Shown in pieces: positions 49,473 to 59,956 of a DNA stretch of 64,000 nucleotides. Position 1 is the first letter of the stretch, and every line of letters starts with the position of its first letter. Origin of the DNA: Eremomyces bilateralis CBS 781.70. Taxonomy: Eukaryota. Both the position numbers and the translations under genes were made by a program. The stretch lies in assembly GCA_010015585.1 (NCBI GenBank), contig ML975169.1; one strand, written 5' to 3'. Under the pieces are notes generated by a model that saw only the letters and a list, made by a program, of their open reading frames with translations, had not been told where the DNA came from and searched no databases.

Positions 49473-52400
49473 ATGTTTGCTGCAGACCTCTCCTGGACCG
49501 ACCCCAGCCATGAAAAAGTTGGTGAGCGTCGGGAGCGAAAGCAGCGAAAACGGGAGGGGAGCATCAGTGATTCGCAGTCTTCAGGAGATGTTTCTCGCTC
49601 CCAGAGCCGAAGTCATGGTCGAAGGCCCAGCCTCCGAGACGCCTGGGGTTTCTCAAGTTCAAGATCAGGGCGGTCGTCAGACAAGTCCTCGGTCAAGGGC
49701 AGCGGCGATGATCAACTTCGAAGATACCCTTCGGTGTCAACAACACCGACCCTTGCCACAGAGGTTCCAAGGTCGATCTTCAACAAACCCTTTATAGATC
49801 TGAAAGACCCGGCCCTGCATCCTAATACGACGTACGGCGCGAAGCTATTGCCGACGCTACCCTCCGGGGGCACAATCGATCCTCCTAGGTATGATACGAT
49901 TGGATTCGGTCGTCCCATACACTCTCGGCAGAACAGCAACAGTACGTCCAAGGCAGATATCGTGTCAACTGTAGAAACTAAGATACAACCCCTCAAAGCT
50001 ACCAACCCGGACTATCATCTCATTGCTCCTTGGGGTTTTCAGAGCAATTCAGAGCCGGAAGCCCTTTGCGACTCTTACGATCGTGTCAAAGACGCGGTAT
50101 ACGCATTGCAGGCCCGCAAGACAGAGTCGTTCGCGCATGGTTATATCACCAAGCAAACCACCGTTTCTATCCTGGAGGAAGAAGAGGGGGAGGACGGAGC
50201 ATCGGAAATCCTCAACCTTGCTGGGGAAACATCCCGACTTGCAATTCAACCTCAAATTCACAAGCCGCTTCCGCTTCGTCCTGAAAGATTGAGGGCGCGA
50301 AAAATGGGGACTTATCACGCCGAAATACATGCTACGAATCCGCTGCCAGTGGACGACGAGGATGGGCGGACTTACCTTGATGATGACAGCCATCGTACGT
50401 CGACCACTTCATCTCGCCCAGAATTCAGCATCGGAAGCAACCCGGATGCAGAGCAATGGCCCGAAGTTCATCCCTGGACAACGGAAGATACTCTCCATGG
50501 GACAAGCGAGAGCAGTGTTGAATCGTGCGCGTCTCCGAATCCTCACGAGACTCTACCCTCCGCTACTGAGTTGGAGGATGAAGATACAACCCCGAATAAC
50601 CACTCGACTAGCGACCTGTTCGATCCGGCTTCCAAGCGAAACTCCATGATCCCCATGTCACCGACCGCATTCCAGCGCTTCGTGCAGAAAATCGAGTCTG
50701 CAGGTGCGGCCATGATCCTCGAGCGACTGAGGGAGGAGGGGCTTGACCCCGCCGATCAGCTAGAGAAGCATCTCTGGGCCCTGACGGCGCTACAACTGAG
50801 GAGCATCGGGCGGTTCGAACACCTCCACAAGGCGAAAGGACAGGGCCATTCCATGGCGGCGATGCCGCGCATCTCACGCCGGAGGGCGACGATTCTAGAA
50901 ATCGATGGAAATCTCGGTAAGTCGGTTCCTGGATATCTCGTTGGTGCAAAATCATTCATCTTTCCCCGCAATTTTGCTCTTGCGTCTGCCTCTGCATATC
51001 GTCCAAGGTTTCCAGTTTGCATGCGTCGCTGGTGCTGTCATTGCATTTCTTGCGTTTCGTTGGACGGCATATTTTTGGGGCACCTGACAGGCGGCCTGCC
51101 ATTCTGCCAAGGCTGCCCTGAACTTGGGCCTCCCTGTCATCTGCCTGTTGAATCGCCTGTCTGTGTCATTTATGCACCTGCTGCCAGGATCTTGGGGCGT
51201 CTCCCGCAAAGCCGATCAGGCACACCTTCTTTTCCGCATATTAGCCAGCCGGGTGAAGGCGGTCGCGTGAACGATTAAAACCTTATATCGACCGGGCGTT
51301 GAAACAACCAGCGTTCAGCGGATACCTTCCGAGGGTTTGCCCTGTACACAGACGGCAGGGAGGGCTGCCGCACCCCGCCCCCGCCCCCCACACCCCGCGC
51401 CCCGGCGACACTGGGGACCCACGCAAGGTCGATACAGCCTAGAAAGCGAATGCGCAACACATCGGAGCCGAGTTCTGAATTTTGCCTCGATTTATCCCGG
51501 GTCTTTCAAGATCGGCTTTAATCGCTCGCTACAGACTTCGATATTCTCAGCCCCGCTTCTAGAATATGCTTGGACTCTACAGGCTCACCGCCTGGACCCC
51601 TGTTCCTGACGCCATTTCGATGCCATTCCTGATTCCATGGAGGATGTGACTAACGATTCAATCCATGAACGAATCATGCACACTACTGTCAAACTTTCCA
51701 TCTTCTTCTAGGATATTGATTTTGAGTTTTGTCTTGCAGTTTTCTGCTCTACATTCCCTTGCGCTTCATTTATGTCAGGCAACTACTCCTGTATTTGTCA
51801 TCTAGTACTGCTGCCTATGCATCACTGGAGCACATACTGACTTTCAGGTTGCAGCCGAAACCTACCAACTCTCCGCCATCCATCCTCTGTCCACTATCCA
51901 TCATCTGCACCTTACCACTTCCCCACTTCACCGATATACACTCTCCACCGGATCGCCTTCTCGCCTCTCGTCGGCATCGATTTCTCCTCCGCTCATCTCT
52001 CCACTTCCGCTCCCTCCCCAGGTCACCCCGCTCACCACCTCCACCCTCCTCCCGCTGCCCTTTCCGCCAAGCACTATCCACCACATCCGCTCCTCCGCCC
52101 TTCCTGCTCTCCTCCCATCTTCCCAACTCCCCTCCCTTCTCGCTGATATCCACCGCGTCCTCCTCCCCAATGGCTCCCTCGAACTCCGCATCGTTGATCC
52201 GATGCCCGTCCGCGGGACCGCCGGACCCAAACTCCGCTCCTGGCTGGAAGAGCGCCTTGCCATGGGTCTCGAGAGCAACTTCCGCTGCCAACGGCCCGCG
52301 CAGTTAGTTCCCGGATGGGTAACGCAGGCAGGTCTCCGCCTCATCACCGCGCGTGACCTCGAAAAGGAATCAGACCAGGACAGTTTCTATTTTGAGGGCT

Positions 52401-53059
52401 CATCCCCCGAAGCAAGCCTCAACAACTTCCCTTCAGCCGTCCTTGGAATGGTCCCCAGTGGCCGGTCAACACGACGCGGGAAACGCGAGCGAGACGAAAC
52501 CATCGAGCGGGAAACCGGGATGATCTGCCTCCTTCGCATCCCCGCCGTCGTTGGCCCGAATCTCAGCGCGCAGATGTCGATGGGGCTCTCCATTGGCGCC
52601 GAAACCGGCTTTGGGAAACGCGATTCATGGAGGTTCTCGTCAAATGTGGCTAGTGGTGGACATCCAGGAGCGCGGACTGAGTTGGAGGATGTGCGAGAAG
52701 AACCACTCCCGGAAGATGCTGAGCTTACAGATAGAGAGGACGCGTCACCGCCTCTGGTGCCTCGGACGGATGCGAAGCGGGATGAACGTCAGCTGCGGGA
52801 GGAGATCGAGGTCGTCGAGACGGAGGTGGCGGTCCTTGTGCTCCGGGAGTTGTGGCGGAATTCCTGGGGCGGCTTTGTCGAGGCGCCGTCGGAGCTACGG
52901 CTAATGCGGGCTAGGAGTGGTGGCCTCGGTGGCGAGGAAAGCAGTAGTGAGGATGGGATGGATATGCAATGGTGGTGGGAGGATGAAGACATTGTGGTGG
53001 AGTGTAGGGATTGGGAGACGGTGTGGGAGGTCGGGACGGTGTGGGCGGTGAAAGACTAG
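49473..53059 (+). CDS. Conserved fungal protein with C-terminal SAM-methyltransferase-like region; exons 49473-50916 and 51855-53059
   Basis: N-terminus MFAADLSWTDP...EKVGERRERK. A GTAAGT...CTGAC...TTGCAG intron joins in frame to LPFPPSTIHHIRS...DIHRVLLPNGSLELRIVDP and GPKLRSWLEERL. Confidence 0.7.
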
Positions 53060-53847
53060 ATGGGTTTAGGATCCATAAGCGAAGTTGACCTTTGCGGCCA
53101 TTCGATTTCAGGACTATTTTGGCACATGTCACGGCGATTTGGAGGCTTTCAACTAGCGGATATACCATATTGGACTTTGTATACTATTATCTTATTTTCC
53201 CGAATTTCTCAAATATCTACCAATTTTGATTTCTCTGGTCAAACTTCAACCGGTGTCTGCACTGCCAACAAAATATTTGGACTATAATCAACTCAGTAAA
53301 TTGACTGCGGAACGGCGATGCTGTCACCGAATCGTCGGGCTAAACCCGCCCCAAAACCTACGAATTCCCTGTCGGGCCATCCACAGATATCATGTAGTAC
53401 TAATATTCAGAACCATAGTCATTGAAACTGCCTATAGGATCATTCAATTCACTGAGTCGTAGCTTTCAATGATAGGGGTTTCAAAATCCGTGAACGACTC
53501 GGTAATTTACATGGTCTATGACTGTACGTGACATTCTAACCTCGACGGGACCTCCAATAGTTGACAATGTTAGCGAAAATGGGCTGTGGCATATGACCGG
53601 GCGATGAGAGACAGGAAGTTTCGATTGGGCTATTATTAGTTGTACTTTCACGCGTTTGCAATACATGATGACTGATTTGACTGACATTCGTAACTTCGGC
53701 TTAGGTTCTACGACGCACCCAACCCTCACAATTACTAGTTATCATTAGACAAAGGTAACCAAACAACTTTTGCCTCGAATGACTACAGCCACTAGCGAAA
53801 TTGGCACCCTCCCTTGGCGACTCTAAAAGTTCTCAGTGCAAACACAT

Positions 53848-56400
53848 TCATGCGCCATAATGGACAAACTGTGCCCATATCAACGGCTGGTTCCTGTAGG
53901 CCACCCGGACTGCCGGTACGCTCTCATGAAATGCCATAGCAACATCTATATCTTCTACCTTTGTATCTTCACCTCGAAAGAGTGATTCGTAAAATCTTTT
54001 GGCCACCTTTACACATACTCTATCGACCGAATGCCATAGAAAACCAATGACATGTGCGAATCCAGCTACCTGAAAACCGCTCATAATATGAATGGCCTCA
54101 TCACGTAGCTTCACTGTTGTGTCCGTAGGTATCGAACAGGCCGAGATATATGCAATCCTTGAGCGCTCCAATTTTAGTCCAGAAACCGCTTGCACTGTCA
54201 TTAATCCTGAAATATAATCGGAATCGTCCTTATGGAAAACCAGCCCACTCTTAGATGGGTCAACTAGTCATTATATCCGTAACAAGGAAAATGAGCAATG
54301 TTGCAGTCCCTCAAGCTGTTCAGGACGGTATCGGCATTTGGGTGATCAAGCAGCTGTGTTTTCAGGTATGTGTGAATCGACTTCAAGATTGCTTTCTTCT
54401 CATGTTCAACTCCATCAAGGCTAGGAAGGTCCGGCGGCGTCTTTCTCATCGTGACTAGTAATAGACTCTCTATGATGACATCTCGCTTTAGTGAACGCTC
54501 CCGGGCGTATACGAGCGCTTTGATTGACGGTGCGTAAGAAGAAATAGCTCTGTTGAAAACGTTCTCCTCCGATTGCGGTGAGTGATGTCCTGCGGCATGG
54601 AATGGCATCGAACTGGCCAGTCCAGTTCCGATCCACCAAACACTCGGAAGGTCTTGCTTTGATTGCTGTACTCCGAAGTTGCCTTCAACGAGTATCGGCC
54701 TCACACAGACTTTCCAAAGCCAACTCAGGTATTCCCGAAACACTTTATTGTCAGGTTTAAAACGTTTTGAATACTGCATCCAAGTGCCAGCCTCAGAAGC
54801 AGACATATAAGATAGGTCCAAGCATTTGATTTATATTGGCGAGACGATGATCGCATGGCTGCCCAAATCCGTGATGTTGATAAATACAGTCATGCCTCTG
54901 GATGCGCATGCTTTCATTTCCCCGGGTGTTGACTCGAGGAGAAACCGTTCGTAACCGGGGATATCGATATCGCGAATCTTTTGAATGCATCGCTCGAGTT
55001 CCTTCACATTGGTTCGACGCTGTTCCTGAACGATCCTCATTGGCGAGATATCAACTTGACCACGAAGGGGAGCGATAATTTCATCACGAAGCCCTTCAAA
55101 CCGACGAGCTATCTCGGGATACGCTTCTCTGAGTGCCGAAATGTCGCTCCGGTCTCCGATAAGTTGACCAAAGATGACAGTTCGCCCTTTCTCCAGTAAC
55201 TCAAGTGCCTTTTCCGGCTGACCAAATTGAAGGTGAATTGAGCAGGCAGAGGCGGCAAGTCCAGCAAAGAGTGCTACTGCATACTGCATTACTGCTGGTT
55301 GCCATGTTCAAGGGTTCGATTATTGACTATCGGCAGCAGGTTGATAGCGTCCCATAAGAGTTTGGCCGCCGATTCATAGTCTCTCAGCTGCCCAAGTGCC
55401 CTGATGCCAGAAGAAGCAGCGCTTATCCGATGGAAAGGTACCCCATTCTCGCATTTCCAGGCTTGAAAAAATGAATATGCAGACTCGTTCAGATCGGCAC
55501 TCTCTCCCGTTCGCTCATGCCGCCGAACAAGCTTGTTTCCAAGGCTGTTCAACCGGCTAGCTCGATCTGGGAGATCTTCTAGAGTTGAATCAACGGCATG
55601 CTGTGCCACTTGGATTGCTACCTCGAGATCTCCCATCTCACAGGTTCGCTCATACCGCCAACTAAGTATGTTTCCGAGGTTGTCCAAATATCCGGCTCGA
55701 TCCGGGTGGTCATACGGTGTTGAGTCAATGGCAAGCTGTGCCAGTTGGATTGCGTTCTCAAGATCGCCCATCCAGCCGGTTCGCTCATACCGCCGACCAA
55801 GCTTGTTTCCTAGGCTATTCAAATAGCTTGACCGAACTGGGTGGTCATCCGGAGTCGAGTCGAGGGCCTGCTGCGCTGCTCGGATCGCCTCTTCGCGGCC
55901 GGCCGTCTCGCCGGTTCGTTCATACCGGAGAGTAGGCTTAACTCCAAGGCTGTTCAAATAGCCTGGCCGGTCCGAGTGCGCTTTTGGAGTCAAATCAAGC
56001 GCCTGTTCAGCTAGTCTGATTGAATCCTCAAGATCTTTAATATCATCAGTCCGCTCAAATCGCCTTCCAAGCCATTTTCCCTAAGGAGTTTACACGGCTA
56101 GCTCGCTCAGAATGACCAAGCGGAGTAGTGGATACAGCGTTCTGGGCAAGGAAAATAGTTTTGTTAAGGTTTTTCACCTGTCCCCTTCGTTCGTATCGTC
56201 TGCCGGACTGGATTCCAAGGGTTATCTGATGCTTCGCAATGTCTGAATGATTTTCAGGCGTGATGGAGATCGCTAGCTCCCCAATGCCGATTGCAATCCA
56301 TAGGGCATCGAGAATGCCTATCTGCTCATAGCTGTAGCCCAGGATTGCGCTCAGCATGTTTGACATTTCAGCCAAGTTTTGATGATCTCTGCTTGCAAGT
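53848..56400 (-). pseudogene. TPR-CHAT (caspase HetF-associated) protease pseudogene
   Basis: 45-aa TPR-like repeats, then CHAT motifs WLWKVCVRP, VWWIGTG...MPFHAAG, ISSYAPS, IAHFPCYG, YISACS, FQVAGFAHVIGFLW and WAQFVHYGA. Frameshifts near 56078, 55289 and 54264; in-frame TAA at 54831-54833. Confidence 0.9.
55500..56280 (-). repeat. Coding tandem repeats with 135-bp (45-aa) period
   Basis: Unit TPxDHPxRxxYLNSLGxxLxxRYERTGxxxDLExAI. The DNA strings gcttgtttccaaggctgttcaa (55531) and gcttgtttcctaggctattcaa (55801) are 270 bp apart. Confidence 0.85.
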
Positions 56401-56890
56401 TGGTTCAAATAACTCCATTTGAGCGCCAAGCCGGCCAAATAGCTCAGACTCCATTCTCGACGCTGCCCTTGGACCGTGGAGTATATCACCAACAATATCA
56501 GAACCAGGCGGGAAGTCATGCTCAAAGATCGGCTCTCCAGCATCCCTCATATTGGCTAAAACTGCCTGCCTAAAGTGCCAGCGTAGAAGCGAATCAAGAG
56601 GTGCATCAGGACGAGCAAAATACCCTCGATCAAGGTGATGGCTACCAATGCCTCGCACGTTAGGCCTGAAGGCCATGACCTTATAATTATCCTGCGATAA
56701 CACTTTAGCCACAATTTCCATAAATAGGTATAAACGTACGTCCGGGTTGATTGAAATGAAGTAGTTGTCAAAAAGCTGGTGTATGACGGAATCAAGCAAG
56801 ATTCCATTCTGAACCGAGTTGATAGTGCCTCCACGAGGCGGCTCAATCGAAACCCATCGACCGTAATTATTGTTAATCCAATGATACGTT
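56368..56890 (-). pseudogene. 5'-truncated fungal HNH endonuclease gene remnant
   Basis: HWINNNYGRWVSI...GGTINSVQNGILLDSVIHQLFD...SINPD[intron]DNYK...LLRWHFRQAVLANMRDAGEPIFEHDFPPGSD. The first His region and the start codon are missing. Confidence 0.8.
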
Positions 56891-57049
56891 CGTCTATTCA
56901 GGTATTGACCACTAAATTATCAAATGTTTTGGGTACTCAGTTTTCTACTCTGAACAGAGTATTACTTTTAACCATAATTTCCAGGGGAACAGGCCACGGG
57001 CCTGGAACCATAAGAAATGCCAGTGCTTTTAGTCAAACCGCACTCTGCG

Positions 57050-58111
57050 TCAAAGAGTGATGCTCTGGTTGCCATAGACAGTTTTCGTCCCTACTTGCTC
57101 TGCGATCTTGCTGTCCTGGTTGTTCCATGTGTTGGATACACCACTTGCTGCCTTAATCGTGTCGTCCACCGTGCCTGTCTTCGCTACATCAGCCGGCACT
57201 AACACTGACAGTAGCTCCTTCGCACACGCTGCTGCCGCTCCCGCCGCGTATGGCTGCCACTTCTTGTTCTTATGCGAATCGGCGTAGTCACAGATACCTC
57301 GGATGACAAGACATGGAAAGCTGTTCATCAGGCCTGCCGCCTCCATCTCAAAGCAGAGCACTCCGCCAAATTCCTTACTCACAGTATCCCTCTCCGCAGC
57401 ATTCTTAATGACCTGATTGCCAGATGCAATTTTACCGTAGTAAATCACAAGCTCCTCGTTCGATCGTGGCTGTCGATCCACCTTCTTGTCTTGGCTGCAT
57501 GACTTACATGTCGGCCCTTCCTCGTGGTTGTACGCCGCTTCGAATAGGACGTCCTGTCCGGCGGCCTCGCGTGTGAACTCTGTAAGCCGGCGAAACTTGG
57601 AGACGTGTTCCGAGAGCTTAGTCTTCCGGCGGATTTGGTTGGCTCGCAGTCTGTTAACAGCGTCTAGTAGGAATACCGGTGGGGAATTGAGAAATCCCGT
57701 CCGTTGAAACCCGCTCGGAGTCGACTTCCCAAAGTCGTACTGTATCACTCCGCCGTAGCCTTGATGCGGCTGACTGATAACCACATCTCCCAGCCGGATG
57801 TCCGCTTCAGCACTTGGGACGCCGCCCCCGATGCCGACCATCAGGCCAAACCGTATCGACCTAAATGTTGCTCTCAACTGCGTCGCTACTGCCGCGGCGG
57901 GGTTGTTCCCTATTAGGCCTGCTGGGAGGCAGACGATAACAATATTATGTTCCCCTATGCGCCCGAGCGAGTACAGATTGTTGTCGTGCTCGTCCTGCTC
58001 AAGGTCTTCGTGCTCTTCGTCCAGCATTTCCTGTGCGGCAGCCAGTTCGACCGGCAGCGCACACACCCATCCTACAGTGTATTCCTCGCGTTGAAGACGA
58101 CGGCATGCCAT
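57050..58111 (-). CDS. Stand-alone PNP_UDP (nucleoside phosphorylase-like) NLR-type effector with C-terminal candidate amyloid motif
   Basis: Intact 353-aa ORF with YTVGWVCALPVE, GLMVGIGGG, IRLGDVV, GKIASGN, CFEMEAAG and IRGICDYADSHKNKKWQPYAA. No NACHT follows; it ends NTWNNQDSKIAEQVGTKTVYGNQSITL*. Confidence 0.93.
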   Translation of the reverse strand: MACRRLQREEYTVGWVCALPVELAAAQEMLDEEHEDLEQDEHDNNLYSLGRIGEHNIVIVCLPAGLIGNNPAAAVATQLRATFRSIRFGLMVGIGGGVPSAEADIRLGDVVISQPHQGYGGVIQYDFGKSTPSGFQRTGFLNSPPVFLLDAVNRLRANQIRRKTKLSEHVSKFRRLTEFTREAAGQDVLFEAAYNHEEGPTCKSCSQDKKVDRQPRSNEELVIYYGKIASGNQVIKNAAERDTVSKEFGGVLCFEMEAAGLMNSFPCLVIRGICDYADSHKNKKWQPYAAGAAAACAKELLSVLVPADVAKTGTVDDTIKAASGVSNTWNNQDSKIAEQVGTKTVYGNQSITL

Positions 58112-58434
58112 TCAGACGGTCGCTGCGGTGCGGTGAGATAGTTGGAAGGAGAAAGCCGCAAGGCTAGAAAGTATACAGGAGCCAGGAGAGTCGAAGAGGG
58201 TTGTGACTACAGGTTGCAACACGAGGCCAGCAGTAGCGACCAGTCATATATATATCGCCTGCATTCCACGTCGCCGACATTGTCGCCTGTCTAGCCTTCC
58301 TACTCCCTAATAGGCGCTTGCAGCTAGCAGCGGTAGGGATCGATGTTAAACTGAGAAGTGGGGGACTACCAGTCGTGCGCTGTCATTAGCTATTAATAGA
58401 GTGCACATCGTACGACCCCGGTTTACCAACTACA

Positions 58435-58640
58435 TAATACCACATCGCCGAGTCCTATTAACTACATCCTCACTTGGAACGCCTTCTCCGATGCCTACTA
58501 TCAAGCCAAACCGGATTCACGTGAATGCTGACTTCATCCGGACGGCGACTATCGCTGCTGAGCTGGTCTCAGTAAGGCCCTCAGGTAGACAGGCGATGAC
58601 GACGTTATGTTGGTTGACTTGTCCGAGCGCGTAAATATTT
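58435..58640 (-). pseudogene. Second PNP_UDP fragment (degenerate)
   Basis: NIYALGQVNQHNVVIACLP...AAIVAVRMKSAFT*IRFGLIVGIGEGVPSE, then a frameshift to IGLGDVV; stop at 58517-58519. Confidence 0.85.
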
Positions 58641-59029
58641 GGGATTGAATGGGCTGCGAGAAAGCCTGGGATATCTCGCGGCTTCCACACTTCTAAACTT
58701 AGAATAGCTGGCTTAGGGAAGCAGGAAGATCGAACTGCATGGGACCTTACAACGAATGATATGTATTGCATTACCATGCTTAAGCTGTGTATTGACTTTG
58801 CTTTTTGAATTGCTGCGTCGTTAAGAAATTCAGAATAGAGAAACACAGAATAGCTGAAGAAGGTGACGATTCATTACGTGCCATCTCCTGGTTAAGGTTG
58901 GCAGATAACCTGGCCTTGCGGACTGCATTTGGCGCCGATAATGGTCTGTCCTTAAACCTCAGTCAATCTCTTAAGACACACAGCTCGTAGCCATGATTTT
59001 GTTGTAATACGTGGCCTATCTTCCTAGCC

Positions 59030-59688
59030 ATGTACGCTTCCCCAGATCACCAGCCGGTCAGATTCACGAATGAAGGAGGAGGGGTTAGAGTCCAGGCCGG
59101 TCAGAACATCGTGTATGTGGACTTCAACGTGCAGTAAGTTCGGTCTATTATCTCTCTTTAAGCTTACTAACACGGCGTGATTGTCTATAGCAGGACTACA
59201 CACGATCACAATCCGTTAAACTCCCTCCCTTACGCGCCCAACGCTGCTTTTAACGCATTAGAGAAAGGAGACGACCCTCTCTGCATCCCTGGCACTCGAG
59301 TCGACGTCCTGAACGATATCAGGAAATGGGTCGATGGAGAAGACAAGCGGCATATCTTCTGGCTAAGTGGCTGGGCAGACACCGGAAAGTCCACAATAGC
59401 ACGGACGGTTGCGCGGGAATACTATGGCGGAAGTAGACTAGTCGCAAGCTATTTCTTCTCAAAAGGTGGCGGCGACACTGGCAATGCGACAAAGTTCGTT
59501 GGTACAATCGCGAGGCAACTGGCGGGCAGTTTCCCAAGTTCAAGAGACTGCTCCAGAAAGCCCTACGGTATTGGAGGACGAAGGCATTGTCCATCGCGTC
59601 CTAAAGGATCAATGACAGGAACTCATCACTACACCGCTAGCGCAACTTGCGATCGACTTCGTCACTAATTATAGTGGTTGATGCGCTA
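59030..59688 (+). pseudogene. Truncated NACHT NLR with an N-terminal candidate amyloid-motif exon (59030-59133; intron 59134-59190)
   Basis: Exon 1 MYASPDHQPVRFTNEGGGVRVQAGQNIVYVDFNV splices in frame (GTAAGT...ACTAAC...CTATAG) to LPYAPNAAFN...CIPGTRVDVL...IFWLSGWADTGKSTIARTVA. Later there are frameshifts and a TGA at 59613; similarity ends at the Walker B sequence IVVDAL. Confidence 0.85.
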
Positions 59689-59956
59689 ACTAGAAGAAGG
59701 AAGTTAGAAAAATGGGGCACAAGGCCACAAGGCACTAACGCATGTAATTACATGTAGTCAGCCTAGGTAGTTCCCCACATGGGCCTCGCAGAGAGGCCTG
59801 ACGGGCGTATGAATCTCTCTCTCTCTCGCTGACTCACTGTGACTGTCAACATCACACACTACCATGCTGAAAAGGATATAATGCTATGGGATGCGAAATA
59901 CTCGTCCATATGATTTAATCTAATCTTTTCGTTAACAAATCGACCAGAAACGCAGA

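Noticed and set aside
53060..53847. Gasdermin or other partner downstream of the CHAT pseudogene
   Set aside because: Only short ORFs without recognisable motifs.
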